Shown here in pieces: positions 19,328 to 30,600 of a stretch of DNA of 64,000 bases. Origin of the DNA: a virus; IMG/VR virus record IMGVR_UViG_3300032265_003779, positions 1-64,000 of that record, one strand, 5' to 3'. How positions within the stretch are numbered: the first letter of the stretch is position 1; each line of letters opens with the position of its first letter. Made by a program: the position numbers and the translations under genes. Below the pieces are notes generated by a model. The model ran no database searches. It had not been told where the DNA came from and saw only the letters and a program-made list of their open reading frames with translations.

Positions 19328-20749
19328 TTAATTTATAATTTTATCTCTAACTAGTTTATTATTTTTTACAATAAACAGGTCTTTTAATTTATTGGTTAGG
19401 ATGAGACTATTTATGCATGAGACCGCTAAATTTATATTTTCTTCTAAATTATTTATTGATTGTATTGTCATTCCATTTGAAGAAATCTCGTATCTATCTT
19501 CGAAAGGAATTTCAATTTCAATATTATAAAAATTTTTATCAACTAATAATTTTTTATCAATAAAATCAGAAATTTTAACAATTTTGGTTTTTTCTAAATC
19601 TTTATAAACGATGCCTTCTTCTGAAGATTGAATTCTAATAAATTTTTTATTTTCATTTATTTCATTTAAATCAAAAGTGTTTAATATACTTAAGCCTTTA
19701 ATAATCTTTCTTTTTAAGAAAACTTTATTTAAGACAGAACTATATTTTCCACCTTTATTGGAATCAATTATAAATATTTTTTTAGCTAGAGCTTCAAAAA
19801 TTTTACCTGTTAGTGGAACTGTAGCAATCGCACCAAAAAAATACATAGCCATTGTTTCTTTGGCTAAAACAATTGCTTCTAATGGATTCATTTTGTTGTT
19901 TTTAACTTCAAAATTAAAAATTTCTACAATACATTCGTACCAAGTTCCAGTCAAAACTCTACTAAAGCTGTGACACTCTTTGCTCAAAACATTATCTGGA
20001 GAGTCATTTGGAAGCGTTTCTGGATTTACGTAGCTATAGTTGTTGACGGCATCTCTTAGATAAAAAGGAGTATATCCTTTTGATCCTTTTGTTATATTAT
20101 AGATAGCCCTTCCAAACTCTTCTGCTAGTCTTGAAATAACATTGCTTTTGGAAAGATCTCCAGAAGTTTGCTTTAATGCTAATTCTAGAACATTTCTATT
20201 TTCCATTATGCTAAGAATTGCAACTATATCTCCAAAAGATTCATGTAAAGCCCATACCTCAAATGATTGAACGTTCCAGAAATCAGGTCTCAAGCAATCT
20301 AATATGGCGTGACCCAATTCGTGTGCAACAATATCGCTGCTGTCTGATGCGTATATATTTTTTCTTACTTTTGGATCATATCCATAAAAGAATTTTAAGC
20401 TATTTCTATCATAAAAAGCATTAAAATCCTGTCCTGCTATGGGGTATACATTTAATTTTGATGTGGCAGCCCACTTTGATGGAAATTTTTCTATCTTCAA
20501 AGACAGAGAATTTAATGTATTATTTATAACAGAATGGCAATTAGCTGCTTTGCCTTCTGGCGTTGATATTCTGAATCCTCCGCCGGCAAAACCTTTAATA
20601 TCTAATGGTAATCTTGTTTCTGAGTATACTGTTGATCCTACAAGCTCTGGAGTTGTTGGGTCATTTAATAAATAGTCTATTGACTTTGATCCATCGATCA
20701 GTGATGTTTTTTTAGATTGTAAAATCCATTCATATATTTTTTTGAACAT
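19328..20749 (-). CDS. Thermolysin/fungalysin-like (M4/M36) zinc metalloprotease
   Basis: NAFYD, DIVAHELGH, ALHESFGD, ECH. Confidence 0.85.
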   Translation of the reverse strand: MFKKIYEWILQSKKTSLIDGSKSIDYLLNDPTTPELVGSTVYSETRLPLDIKGFAGGGFRISTPEGKAANCHSVINNTLNSLSLKIEKFPSKWAATSKLNVYPIAGQDFNAFYDRNSLKFFYGYDPKVRKNIYASDSSDIVAHELGHAILDCLRPDFWNVQSFEVWALHESFGDIVAILSIMENRNVLELALKQTSGDLSKSNVISRLAEEFGRAIYNITKGSKGYTPFYLRDAVNNYSYVNPETLPNDSPDNVLSKECHSFSRVLTGTWYECIVEIFNFEVKNNKMNPLEAIVLAKETMAMYFFGAIATVPLTGKIFEALAKKIFIIDSNKGGKYSSVLNKVFLKRKIIKGLSILNTFDLNEINENKKFIRIQSSEEGIVYKDLEKTKIVKISDFIDKKLLVDKNFYNIEIEIPFEDRYEISSNGMTIQSINNLEENINLAVSCINSLILTNKLKDLFIVKNNKLVRDKIIN

Positions 20750-20791
20750 AAGAAACTCCTTTTTCTTTGAACTATAGTATATATACTATTT

Positions 20792-21316
20792 GTGAACATG
20801 AAATTTAACGAACAACAAATTAAAGAACGAAGAACTGTAGAAGCTATTCAAAAAGAATACATGGGTTTTCAAGGAAAGTTTGTCAATATAGCCAAAAATC
20901 TTGGAAGTGAAATTATAGACCAAGGATGTATGAGTGAAAGCTTTATATCTTATGATGATTTTTGGAAAAAAGATAAAGATGACATTCAAAAAATGGATAT
21001 AGATCAAAACATAGAACTAATTGGGTGGCATTATGAATCTTTGAGAATAGGAATAAATTTAGAAATTTTTATATTTGATAATGATAAAAAAATTAAAGTA
21101 ATTTATAATGGAAATAATGTCTACGAGGAAACATCCGGAGATCTTGATATGTATGTTCCTTATAATGAGTGGGAAGAAGCAATAGAAAAAATATTTAAAA
21201 TATCTAAGACTATAGAAAAAGATAAAAAACAAGTTTCAAAAGAAAATCTAAAAATAGAATTTGAGAGAAAAAAGAAAAATTTACTTGCAGAATTAAATTA
21301 TAAATGGGGAGTCTAA
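20792..21316 (+). CDS. Hypothetical protein
   Basis: 174-aa ORF; start is GTG 20792 or ATG 20798. Confidence 0.7.
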   Translation: MNMKFNEQQIKERRTVEAIQKEYMGFQGKFVNIAKNLGSEIIDQGCMSESFISYDDFWKKDKDDIQKMDIDQNIELIGWHYESLRIGINLEIFIFDNDKKIKVIYNGNNVYEETSGDLDMYVPYNEWEEAIEKIFKISKTIEKDKKQVSKENLKIEFERKKKNLLAELNYKWGV

Positions 21317-21339
21317 TATATAAATAAAAGGACGCTATC

Positions 21340-21588
21340 ATGAGAAATCCAAAACAAAATAAAAACGAACAACCAAAAATTGAAAATAAAAAACCAGTAA
21401 AAACCCAAACTAAAAAGCCAGTGGAAAAATCAGTAGTAGAAAATAAAGATAAAATGATAGCAAAACTTGAGAATAAGGTTTCTTCTGCTAAAGAAGAGCC
21501 AAAAGTATTCTCTAAAGTTTTTGACAATGTTTTATTAACCATAGTTATTTTACAAACTATTTATCTTATTTATTTGTTAGCAAAATGA
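21340..21588 (+). CDS. Small basic protein with C-terminal TM helix
   Basis: Hydrophobic tail; TATAAATA at 21319-21326. Confidence 0.7.
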   Translation: MRNPKQNKNEQPKIENKKPVKTQTKKPVEKSVVENKDKMIAKLENKVSSAKEEPKVFSKVFDNVLLTIVILQTIYLIYLLAK

Positions 21589-21598
21589 AGGGAATATA

Positions 21599-22414
21599 AT
21601 GTCTTTTTTTCAAAATGTATTCGATCAAGAATTTCAAGGATATCTTGTACTAGGCGATAGACAAGCTTCTATAACATACAAGGTTGCCGCAAGCAAAAAT
21701 CATCAAAGTAAACAAATAGCCTGGGTTGCAGGTCCTTATGATTTGTCTGTAACCAACACCTTGGTGCTTAATTATTCTTGGGATAAAGAATTTAAAATTT
21801 GGAGCAGTGTTGAAATAAATATTGCTGGAGTTAACGCTTCTTCAACAACAGCAATAGAAATTGCAGATAAATTAAATCAAAATTCAACATTTTCTGATTT
21901 ACTTGTAGCTACTGCCGAAGATTTCAATGGTTCAAAAACAGTAACTGTTTCTAAAAATCCTGTTAAAAAACAAGATATAAAAATTTACTTTAGCAATAGT
22001 GGAGCAGAAACAAAGTTAAAGTTTAACAAGTATGCTGGCGTTGCCGAAATGCCTAATTACTTTCAAAAGCATACTATAGAAAATAGAAATAATTATCCAG
22101 ACAGCATTGGAACATTAATTAAGTTAGATGAAGGTGATGAGGTAGATCAAACTATTATACAAGATGCTGGTTTTTCATTAACTCCAAAAGAAGACTATGA
22201 GCTTTTAAAAGGAAGATCTGGACTGTTTATGTTCCAAAACATAACAGTTGATGGTAGTGATAGAATAACACAGGTAATAGAATATCCCGCAGGAGCGGTC
22301 GCAGGAGATTTCGCTAGAAAAATAAGGTATAGTTATACTAGTGCTAATATAAATCCAGATAAAGTAACAGAAACTCCTTACGTATTAGAAGATGTTGATC
22401 TTGTAGTTCCATGA
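21599..22414 (+). CDS. Probable virion structural protein
   Basis: 271 aa, beta-rich, in a late-type operon. Confidence 0.65.
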   Translation: MSFFQNVFDQEFQGYLVLGDRQASITYKVAASKNHQSKQIAWVAGPYDLSVTNTLVLNYSWDKEFKIWSSVEINIAGVNASSTTAIEIADKLNQNSTFSDLLVATAEDFNGSKTVTVSKNPVKKQDIKIYFSNSGAETKLKFNKYAGVAEMPNYFQKHTIENRNNYPDSIGTLIKLDEGDEVDQTIIQDAGFSLTPKEDYELLKGRSGLFMFQNITVDGSDRITQVIEYPAGAVAGDFARKIRYSYTSANINPDKVTETPYVLEDVDLVVP

Positions 22415-22426
22415 ATTTATTAAAAT

Positions 22427-23833
22427 ATGAAAAAATATATTAGGTGCGGTGGTCATTATAATTTAAACAAAGGAATAGTTCATAGGTTTTTAAAAAAACC
22501 TTTTTACAATATTCCAAATCAAATATTAAATTTTATAAGTATCAAACAACCAACGCATACACCTACGCCAACTCTAACATTAACACCTACGCCAACTCTA
22601 ACAAACTTTGCCTGTAGTGTTGGTAGTTTGGTCTTTGGAGCCAATAATAAGTATATTTCTTTTGCGGGTGATAATGATTGGGCACTAGGAACCGGAGATT
22701 TCTGTATTGAGTGGTGGCAGTATCAAACCGCAGCTGAGCCCCCATTGTATAGTAGACTTTTTCAAGTTGGAGATTACCCAAATCACTCAATCGCTGTAAG
22801 TATTGAAAATGGAACTTTCATATTTTGGCTAAATAATGGGACTCAATTATATGGCGGAGTAAGTTTAGCAAACTATTTAAATCAATGGGTCCACTTTGCG
22901 GTAGTAAGACAAAGCGGAATATCCTCTGTATATCAAAATGGAACTAGAATACATCTGAATAATCTTACTTTCAATAATAATGTGACCAATAATACTGACC
23001 CTTTAAAAATAGGATTTGGTAGCGACAATTGGTGGAATGGAAAAATAACCAACTTTAGATGGGTCAAAGGAAACTCAGTTTACAATGGAACACAGAGCAC
23101 CATAACAGTGCCTACGGCACCACTTGCTGCCATCAGTGGAACTAAGTTGCTCTTGTTGACAAACTCCGCTGGGACATACCTTGCAGATTCTAGTGGATTC
23201 AATAAATCAGCTACAAACAATGGAAGCGTAACATGGTCTTCAGACTCACCTAATTTCCCCTGTTGCGACACGCTTACTTTTGTTGGTGTCAATGCCAATG
23301 TAACTGGAAACTCTGCACTCAAAACATCTGCTGGCGGATGGGATTCTTCAGCATATTCTTCTGAAACTTATACCGGTCCAGTTTCAGTTACTTTTCGAAT
23401 TTCATCTAATGCAATCTATGCTATGGGTGGATTTTCATTCAATCCGACCCTCGACTCCAGTACTTATGTTAATGCGACTTTCGGAATTTACGCCGAAGGC
23501 AATAATCTAAAGATATATGAAAACTCCAGTAATGTTCAAACAATATTTGTAGATGGCAATATAACTACTAGCGATATATTCAAAGTTGAATATGATGGAA
23601 TAGATGTTAAATACTATTACAATGATGGTTTGGTTTATACTTCATTACAAGAAGTAACTAGTCCATTATACATATTTTTCCCAATTTTATCAATAAGCGA
23701 GGGCATCATAGATATCTGTGTTAAATCTACATCTCCTACACCTACGCCTACACTCACACCTACTCCTACACTCACACCTACTCCTACACTCACACCTACT
23801 CCTACACTCACACCTACTCCTACACTCATGTAA
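22427..23833 (+). CDS. LamG/concanavalin-A domain fibre protein with Thr-Pro repeats
   Basis: GTGDFCIEWW, NQWVHFAVVR, GKITNFRWVKG; flanking TP repeats. Confidence 0.85.
   Translation: MKKYIRCGGHYNLNKGIVHRFLKKPFYNIPNQILNFISIKQPTHTPTPTLTLTPTPTLTNFACSVGSLVFGANNKYISFAGDNDWALGTGDFCIEWWQYQTAAEPPLYSRLFQVGDYPNHSIAVSIENGTFIFWLNNGTQLYGGVSLANYLNQWVHFAVVRQSGISSVYQNGTRIHLNNLTFNNNVTNNTDPLKIGFGSDNWWNGKITNFRWVKGNSVYNGTQSTITVPTAPLAAISGTKLLLLTNSAGTYLADSSGFNKSATNNGSVTWSSDSPNFPCCDTLTFVGVNANVTGNSALKTSAGGWDSSAYSSETYTGPVSVTFRISSNAIYAMGGFSFNPTLDSSTYVNATFGIYAEGNNLKIYENSSNVQTIFVDGNITTSDIFKVEYDGIDVKYYYNDGLVYTSLQEVTSPLYIFFPILSISEGIIDICVKSTSPTPTPTLTPTPTLTPTPTLTPTPTLTPTPTLM
23735..23827 (+). repeat. 18-nt tandem repeat encoding (PTLTPT)n
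   Basis: CCTACACTCACACCTACT units. Confidence 0.95.
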
Positions 23834-23872
23834 GCCCCGGAACTATATGGTACTGGGTGCGAGGTTAACAGC

Positions 23873-23901
23873 TTGAAAAGCTTTTGAAAAAATGGTATAG
23901 A
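23873..23901 (+). promoter_or_regulatory. Sigma70-like promoter TTGAAA-17-TATAGA
   Basis: Consensus-like, upstream of the ferritin gene. Confidence 0.5.
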
Positions 23902-23934
23902 TTATTATCAATTGTCTCTTAAAAAGGTAAAAAA

Positions 23935-24396
23935 ATGAATCTTGCAACAGAACTTGTAGAAATTTTAAATAATCATTTAAAGAATGAATGGAAACATCAT
24001 AATTTTTATCTTCACAATGCAAGCAATGTAGTTGGATTGCATTGTCTTGAATATAAAGAATTTTTCTTAAAACAAGCAGCAAGTGAAATGAATCATGTTT
24101 CTGAATTTTCAGATCTTATTGTTGGATTAAGAGGAACTCCAACAAAAGAAAGCAATTTCTTTCCATCATTAAAAGATCCTATAAATATTATTAAATATGC
24201 GATAGAAATGGAAGAAGAAGTAATAAACAACTATGTTTCTTTATGTAAATTAATAGAAAACTCTGCCCCATGGCTTAATAAAGTCGAATCAAAATATAGT
24301 GAAAGTGATTTTTATTGGGTTGTTTTATTTTTAGAAGAACAAATACAAGATAGCAGAAAAGATAGAGATTTAATGGTTCAAATGATAGGTGTTTGA
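23935..24396 (+). CDS. Ferritin/bacterioferritin-like protein
   Basis: LN-x-x-L-x-x-E, Y-x-x-x-A, E-x-x-H (EMNH), I-x-x-L-x-G-x-P, E...Y ferroxidase pattern. Confidence 0.8.
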   Translation: MNLATELVEILNNHLKNEWKHHNFYLHNASNVVGLHCLEYKEFFLKQAASEMNHVSEFSDLIVGLRGTPTKESNFFPSLKDPINIIKYAIEMEEEVINNYVSLCKLIENSAPWLNKVESKYSESDFYWVVLFLEEQIQDSRKDRDLMVQMIGV

Positions 24397-24399
24397 AAA

Positions 24400-24966
24400 A
24401 TGAATAAAATTCTTTTGTTGTGTAGTCATTTAGAATCTGATGTGGATACTCTTTCTGAGAATCTAAATTCAGGAAGCAAACTTCAAAAACTCAATGGAAA
24501 CTACAACACTATTGATTGTCTTTTTTTAAAAAAAAATAATTTTCAGTATAACAAAAGACCAAAATTTTATTTTGATCAAATTTTATTTAATCATGAGTTT
24601 TCATGTAAAGAACTTTATAATCATCTAAATTTTATTTATTTAATAGGAGAGCCTAGAAAAACAATAACAAATATTGTTTATAATAATATTTATGATGAAA
24701 AAACAGCATGTAATTATTATTGCTTTAGAATAAGAAGAATGTATGAAATGATAAGAAGATCTAAAAAATATTTAGTATTTTTTAATGATGTTAACAATAC
24801 TGAAACATACGAAAATATTCATAACATGTTGGGTATAAAAGATAAATTAAAAATTAAAAAAGAAATAAAAGAAACAAAAGAAATAAGGTTGGATAGAAAT
24901 CTTATAGAAGAAGTAGAAAATTTTTACGAAAAATATAGATATAAAATCAAAAACCAACTAACTTGA
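24400..24966 (+). CDS. Degenerate sulfotransferase-like protein
   Basis: Weak: N-terminal strand-loop-helix and FIYLIGEPR resembling I-x-x-x-R-x-P. Confidence 0.35.
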   Translation: MNKILLLCSHLESDVDTLSENLNSGSKLQKLNGNYNTIDCLFLKKNNFQYNKRPKFYFDQILFNHEFSCKELYNHLNFIYLIGEPRKTITNIVYNNIYDEKTACNYYCFRIRRMYEMIRRSKKYLVFFNDVNNTETYENIHNMLGIKDKLKIKKEIKETKEIRLDRNLIEEVENFYEKYRYKIKNQLT

Positions 24967-24995
24967 TCCCAACCTTGAGGTGGCTCAACTATCAC

Positions 24996-27575
24996 TCATT
25001 GTGTTTGTTTATCTTTAACTCCCGGTTGACCTTTAAGTTCTAAAACATGAAGTTCATCTTCGGCTCTTGTGCGACCAATATATTTATTATTCATTTCTTG
25101 CTCTAGATCTTCTTGTCTTGTTGATCTGGGGTGTGGCCACATATCATCTCTCAATATATAAACACGTTGGAACTGCAGACCTTTTGATTTATGAACCGTG
25201 GAAAGTATTACTGGGTTTAATTCTTTTACCTTCTTTTTATAATCAGCACGATCACGGTCACCCTGAGGACCAGATTTTTCAAGGTCTAAACCTCCAAATT
25301 TATCACTTAACCATCTTTTCAGACTATCGATATTTCCATCCGGAGACTCTTGCATAAATTGCTCGGAAGCAGAATACAAAGCATCTGTGATTTCTTTCAA
25401 TTCTTTTAATTTTCCTGACATAGCCGCCTTGCCAGAGTGCTTTTCAACTTGTTCTTCATTGTAATTATACATAGCCATTAACAACTCATCAACACTAGAT
25501 GAATTATTTAATTTAAATAATTCAATGATCTTTTTGATGTGTTTGTCTAGGTCGTTAGCAATATCTTTACCAAGAATAATAAAAGGTATACCATCTTTCA
25601 TTAAGCGTAAACTAGCATGGACCAAAGGTTCATTTGTTCTTGACAAGAAAGCTGTTTGTTTAACCTCTCCCATATCACGCATTTCACTGTTTAAAGTTTC
25701 GAAAGCTTCTTCGTAGTTTATTTCACCATTTGTTGCCTGTCCTTTGCCAATTTTTCCCGGACCTTCTTTAAATTCTCTGCCTTTGGATAAATTGGAGACG
25801 TGTCCCATTTTTCGCCCCTCTTCATTTGTCATATCTATGACAGCCTGTCTAGATCGGAAATTCTGTGTGATCTCTTTTTCCACATCTTTTTCATGAGATT
25901 GGTCCTTCAACATACTAGATAATTGATCAAATGCTCCAGAGTCTGCACCCCTGAATCTGTATATTGCTTGATTAGGATCTCCTACAGCAACAATTTTAGC
26001 TCCATTTTCTGCCAATTTTTTAAGAATTATTTGTTGGGCTACATTAAAATCTTGGACCTCATCAGCAAATACAACTTCATATTTAGGCCACTTAAATTCA
26101 TCTGCATGAATTGCAGAGAACCATAAGTCATCATCAAAGTCTCGTTTTGTTCCCAAAACTTGCTCTACACCTGCGTGGGGTTCTTTATCAGCAGTGAATT
26201 TTTCTTGAGATGCATGAGGCATTACTTCATTTAAGAGCCAGGATGTTGCTTTTATTAATTCTTCTGTGAAGTCTCTTTTTGTAAAATCTTCTCCCATCAG
26301 CTTATTGATATACTCTGCTGCCCAAGGTGAATTTTTTTGAATCCTTTCTTTTATGTTATCGAGATTTGTATTTAAATCATACTTTTTCATTATTTCTCTT
26401 AAATCACCATCTAATTCTTGTTTATTTCTTGGATCGGCAGCAAAAGACTTGGCCAAACCTAAAAATTTCAATGCTTCTGATTTAAATTCAATGTTAATAC
26501 TTCTTAATATATACCACAAACTTTTTTCTGTTGAACCGAGTCTTTTGGGATCATCTCCATAAACTTCTTCTTGATTTGGGATGTTTAATGATTTAATGAG
26601 TTTTTTAAATCCTTGTGAGTCTGCGACCATCCTGGACTTCTCTTTAAAACTAAAACTTTGAATTCTATCTGTAGGTTTTAAATGATTTTTCCCCAGAATT
26701 TCTCTGCCTGCGAAACCATTAGTGGTTTCAACCTGTGTTGTTGGTGGAAATTCGTCTTTAGCCTCAGCTCTATTTTTAGAATTAAAAACTAAATATAACC
26801 ATTTTTTACCTTTTCCAAATTTCCAAGCTAAGTGTTTCAATACTGTGGTTTTACCACTACCTGCCAAAGCATTAATCACCATATGAGACTGTTGGGGGCT
26901 GGCAAGCATTTTGACAAACTTATCTTCTATTGCTTTTTGCTCTGGTGTAATTCTTTCTTCTGGAATGGTTTGACTTCCGGATTTTTTTGGGGGTGTGATA
27001 GCTTCCAGAACTTCACTGGGCTTTTTTCCTTTTACGAATTGCCCCAACTCATTTTTTTGACTTTTTACTATGTTTTTAATTTCCATAGCAGGAATTAAAC
27101 CTCTGGAGACTAACCTTCCTTCTTCTGGGTCAAGAATCACAAACATCCAATTTTGTTCATCTTTTTTCTTCATTGCTAGATCTAGGTCTACTGCCGGGAT
27201 TCCATACTCATTATTAATCATAATAGATTTTGCCCAAATCCATTCATGTAGCACATCCAGCGTGGCTCTAACTGGTGCCGATTTGGTTTGTAAAGAGGAA
27301 GATTGAGTAGATCTTGATGGAATAGAAGATTGGGTGGGTTTTGGTTGAGAAGAAGATTGAGTAGGTTTTGGAGGGGAATTCATTGCAATAATTTTTTTAT
27401 CTACGGGATGATACCAAACCGTATCGCCCTTAGAGAATTTTCCGTATTTATCATCAAAAGGAACCTTCCATTTAAACCAACCTGGTCCTGGGGATTCATT
27501 GCCTTCGTCAAACTTTTCTTCATTAATAAACCATTCTTTAAAACAGATTGACAACCATTTATTAAATTTGTTCAT
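24996..27575 (-). CDS. UvrD/Rep SF1 helicase with N-terminal extension
   Basis: ALAGSGKTT, DEVQD, VGDPNQAIYRFRGAD, NFRS, STVHKSKGLQF, TRA. Confidence 0.93.
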   Translation of the reverse strand: MNKFNKWLSICFKEWFINEEKFDEGNESPGPGWFKWKVPFDDKYGKFSKGDTVWYHPVDKKIIAMNSPPKPTQSSSQPKPTQSSIPSRSTQSSSLQTKSAPVRATLDVLHEWIWAKSIMINNEYGIPAVDLDLAMKKKDEQNWMFVILDPEEGRLVSRGLIPAMEIKNIVKSQKNELGQFVKGKKPSEVLEAITPPKKSGSQTIPEERITPEQKAIEDKFVKMLASPQQSHMVINALAGSGKTTVLKHLAWKFGKGKKWLYLVFNSKNRAEAKDEFPPTTQVETTNGFAGREILGKNHLKPTDRIQSFSFKEKSRMVADSQGFKKLIKSLNIPNQEEVYGDDPKRLGSTEKSLWYILRSINIEFKSEALKFLGLAKSFAADPRNKQELDGDLREIMKKYDLNTNLDNIKERIQKNSPWAAEYINKLMGEDFTKRDFTEELIKATSWLLNEVMPHASQEKFTADKEPHAGVEQVLGTKRDFDDDLWFSAIHADEFKWPKYEVVFADEVQDFNVAQQIILKKLAENGAKIVAVGDPNQAIYRFRGADSGAFDQLSSMLKDQSHEKDVEKEITQNFRSRQAVIDMTNEEGRKMGHVSNLSKGREFKEGPGKIGKGQATNGEINYEEAFETLNSEMRDMGEVKQTAFLSRTNEPLVHASLRLMKDGIPFIILGKDIANDLDKHIKKIIELFKLNNSSSVDELLMAMYNYNEEQVEKHSGKAAMSGKLKELKEITDALYSASEQFMQESPDGNIDSLKRWLSDKFGGLDLEKSGPQGDRDRADYKKKVKELNPVILSTVHKSKGLQFQRVYILRDDMWPHPRSTRQEDLEQEMNNKYIGRTRAEDELHVLELKGQPGVKDKQTQ

Positions 27576-27663
27576 TTCATAATCCTTTTTAAAACCACGA
27601 CTTATTTATGACAAATATTTTAAAAAAATAATATATATCTTTACAAATCATAAAGGAAATTAA

Positions 27664-30600
27664 ATGAAAACATATACCAGCGACCTAACTTCAAAACCAG
27701 ATTGGCTCGGAACCTATGGTGACCAAACTGGGAAAACCTTGGATACTGATTTTGGTTTTGGTGTTGATGGCATGTATTTCAATGGGAATGCCGGAGGGGG
27801 CAGTGGTGACAATCCAGCAACTGGGTATAGTGTCAGAACTAATTTCAACATCAGTGGATATCAGGTTTGCGAAGTTATTTTTACGGCAGACCATAGTGAT
27901 AGTTGCACAGATCAAGGAATATGTTTTTATAATGATGGGCAATCACCAAATTGGAATTGGGATCCAGATTCCTCCAGAATAGCTTTTTCCCTGAACTGTC
28001 CTATTCCATACATCTATGGAACAAACAAATTTGTAAATAATAGTGGCGAATATTATGGTAATTCCACGGAGCAATCAGGTTCCGAGGTTCTGGGGAGTGG
28101 CATCTACACATTCAAAGTGACTTATAATCCAATTGCCAGAACCGTAACTGCAATTACCTATGAAGGTGAAGACACTTCGGGAACCGTTCTAGACACTATT
28201 GTTTTACATGAAAAATTGATGAATGGTGGTTCTTACAGAATTGGATTTGATGCTGATAACGATGAAGGCACAGCTTACTTCAAAAGCCTCAAGATAAATG
28301 TGTATGAAACAAACGGCATATCAGATAACACAGAACTAAATAACCAACTTAGCAGCCTCAAAACTGGGTACTATCAAGTTACGGATCTTGTTGAGGGTCC
28401 GTTTCTTTTTTCAGATGATGCAGATATAGATGGTGGAGATGGAGATGGAATAGACCCTAATTTCAATGAATTAGGAATTGGCACAACAGTATGCATACAA
28501 GAAGACGGCAAAATTGTGGTTGGTGGGCTGTCGGGAACACTTGATGGATCAAAATATTTAAGAAGAATAGATGTTAGTGGAAATGAAGATGAATCGTTCA
28601 CTCCTCCATCTTTTGGACTTAACGGAATGGTAAACAGCGTTGTTCAGATGAGTGATGGAAGGTTGGTTGTGGGCGGCAATTTTCTTAATGTTGAAAGGTT
28701 TGATGGACTATCCAACAGCGGATCAATAACCTTTGACACTGATTATCAAGGCGGAACCGGCATCAATGGAAATGGACTCTTCCTACCTCCGTCTGCAAAC
28801 ATAGTCGAAGTTGGTTGGACCGTAACATTCCGAGATTCTAGCACAAGAACAGTAATTAGTTCTTATTTTAACGAATTAAACTTCTGGACGGTTGGACTCG
28901 ACAGCAACATAACATTGAATCCTGCTTTCCCACTAACAATATCACAGCCAAATTGGAAACCAACAATAGACGGCAACATAGTAAATATTAGTGGAATGGT
29001 TTGCTTGAAAACTGATGGTTCTCTGAGCAAGAGAGATGGTGGAGATGTTGGCTTTGAGGACAGGGCAATAAGTGGTGTTCCCTTACAAGTTTATGCAATA
29101 AAATTATTGAACGATGATAGTGTTTTAGTTGGAGGACATTTTACCCACTATGATGGTGTGGAATCTCCTTTTTTGGCAAAAATAGGCAGTGACGGAGTTA
29201 TAGATGAGGGTTTTGCAACTAATATTATAAGCCTAAGTTTGGATAATGGTGTGTCAAGTATTGCTATTGATAGCAATGGCAAAATACTAATTGGAGGAAC
29301 TTTCTCGGAAGCAATCAAGAGGCTTAACAGCGATGGATCGGTAGATAGTTCTTTTGAACCGGGAACTGGTTTCACTGGCAATACCTTTCAACAGAATGGA
29401 GTTTTTTCAATACTTCCATTTGATAATGGACAAATGTTGGTTGGACATTCTAGCAAATACTACAACGGAACATTATGTGGCAATGGTTTGGTGAGATTGA
29501 ACGGTGATGGTTCTCTGGATGTATCTTATACAGCAGATCTATATAACAGCCACAGTAATATTGGAACTGTAACATCGATAGTCCAACAAGAAAATGGAAA
29601 AGTAATTGTTGGAGGGTACTTTAACCTTGCAGATGGATTCAGTGCAAATGAAATATTTAGGTTGAATTCTGATGGTTCTAAAGATGAAAGTTTCAATAGT
29701 GTATTTGGATTTACTCCCGCAGGTTATAATTGGGGACCAGCAACAAATGATATTAAATTAGATTCAGTTGGTAATGTTTATGTTGCAGGAAGCTTCACCG
29801 ACTACAACCATGCAGCAAGATTTCAGTATGCCAAATTGGACACAAATGGGACATTGCAAGAATGGAGTGTTCTGCCTGCGTTCAAACAAGTGGGAATAGA
29901 CGACGGCATGGACGACATGTATGACGGAGCAAATTTTTTAAATACTAATCTGACGCTTCCTTATCTTTACATTAAGTGCTATGGAGGCAATAATGTTGTC
30001 AGCGGTGGCGAAGGAGCTTGCGGGTGTCCTGAGCCACCAGTTATTTGTGGGCTTAACGCTAACAGTAGCATTCCTTCCACTCACACTCAAGCATGGGATC
30101 AAGGACCAGAGGACGATTTTTATGATGAATCAAGAGGTTCAGACGAAACAGGTAGCGACGATATTGAGTGGCCTGAGCACAGATATCTTCCCGTGTGTGA
30201 TAGCCATGTTATGGTCGCAGATGGATATTTCGGAGATGGAAGCAGCTATTTTACAGCTATGTTCCCCGGCATGTTCGTACTTGCTGCAAATAATATTGAT
30301 ATTACACAGTTTTCAATAACTGGTAATATCGGCTCAGACGGTGATGGTGCAGATGTTGCAGAAATATTCCCAATCAATGTCGGGGGCAACACATACACCG
30401 CATATCTCAAAACTAATTACGGTGCTGGTGATCCCTCGATAAACCACATCATAATCGTAGATGGCGATGGAAATGGAATTGAACAATTTTACGATCCAAC
30501 ATCAGAGGGAGATGAACATTGCATCACTGGTATTGAGGGGAAGACAAAACTCTTCTTTCTTTGTTTAGGAAAAGCTAATGGTGTGGCAATGACAAGGTCA

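Noticed and set aside
23635-23829. VGVG-repeat, poly-Q and YTNS-repeat ORFs (also 42390, 52047, 30879 N-terminus)
   Set aside because: Alternative-frame or antisense readings of the Thr-Pro repeats.
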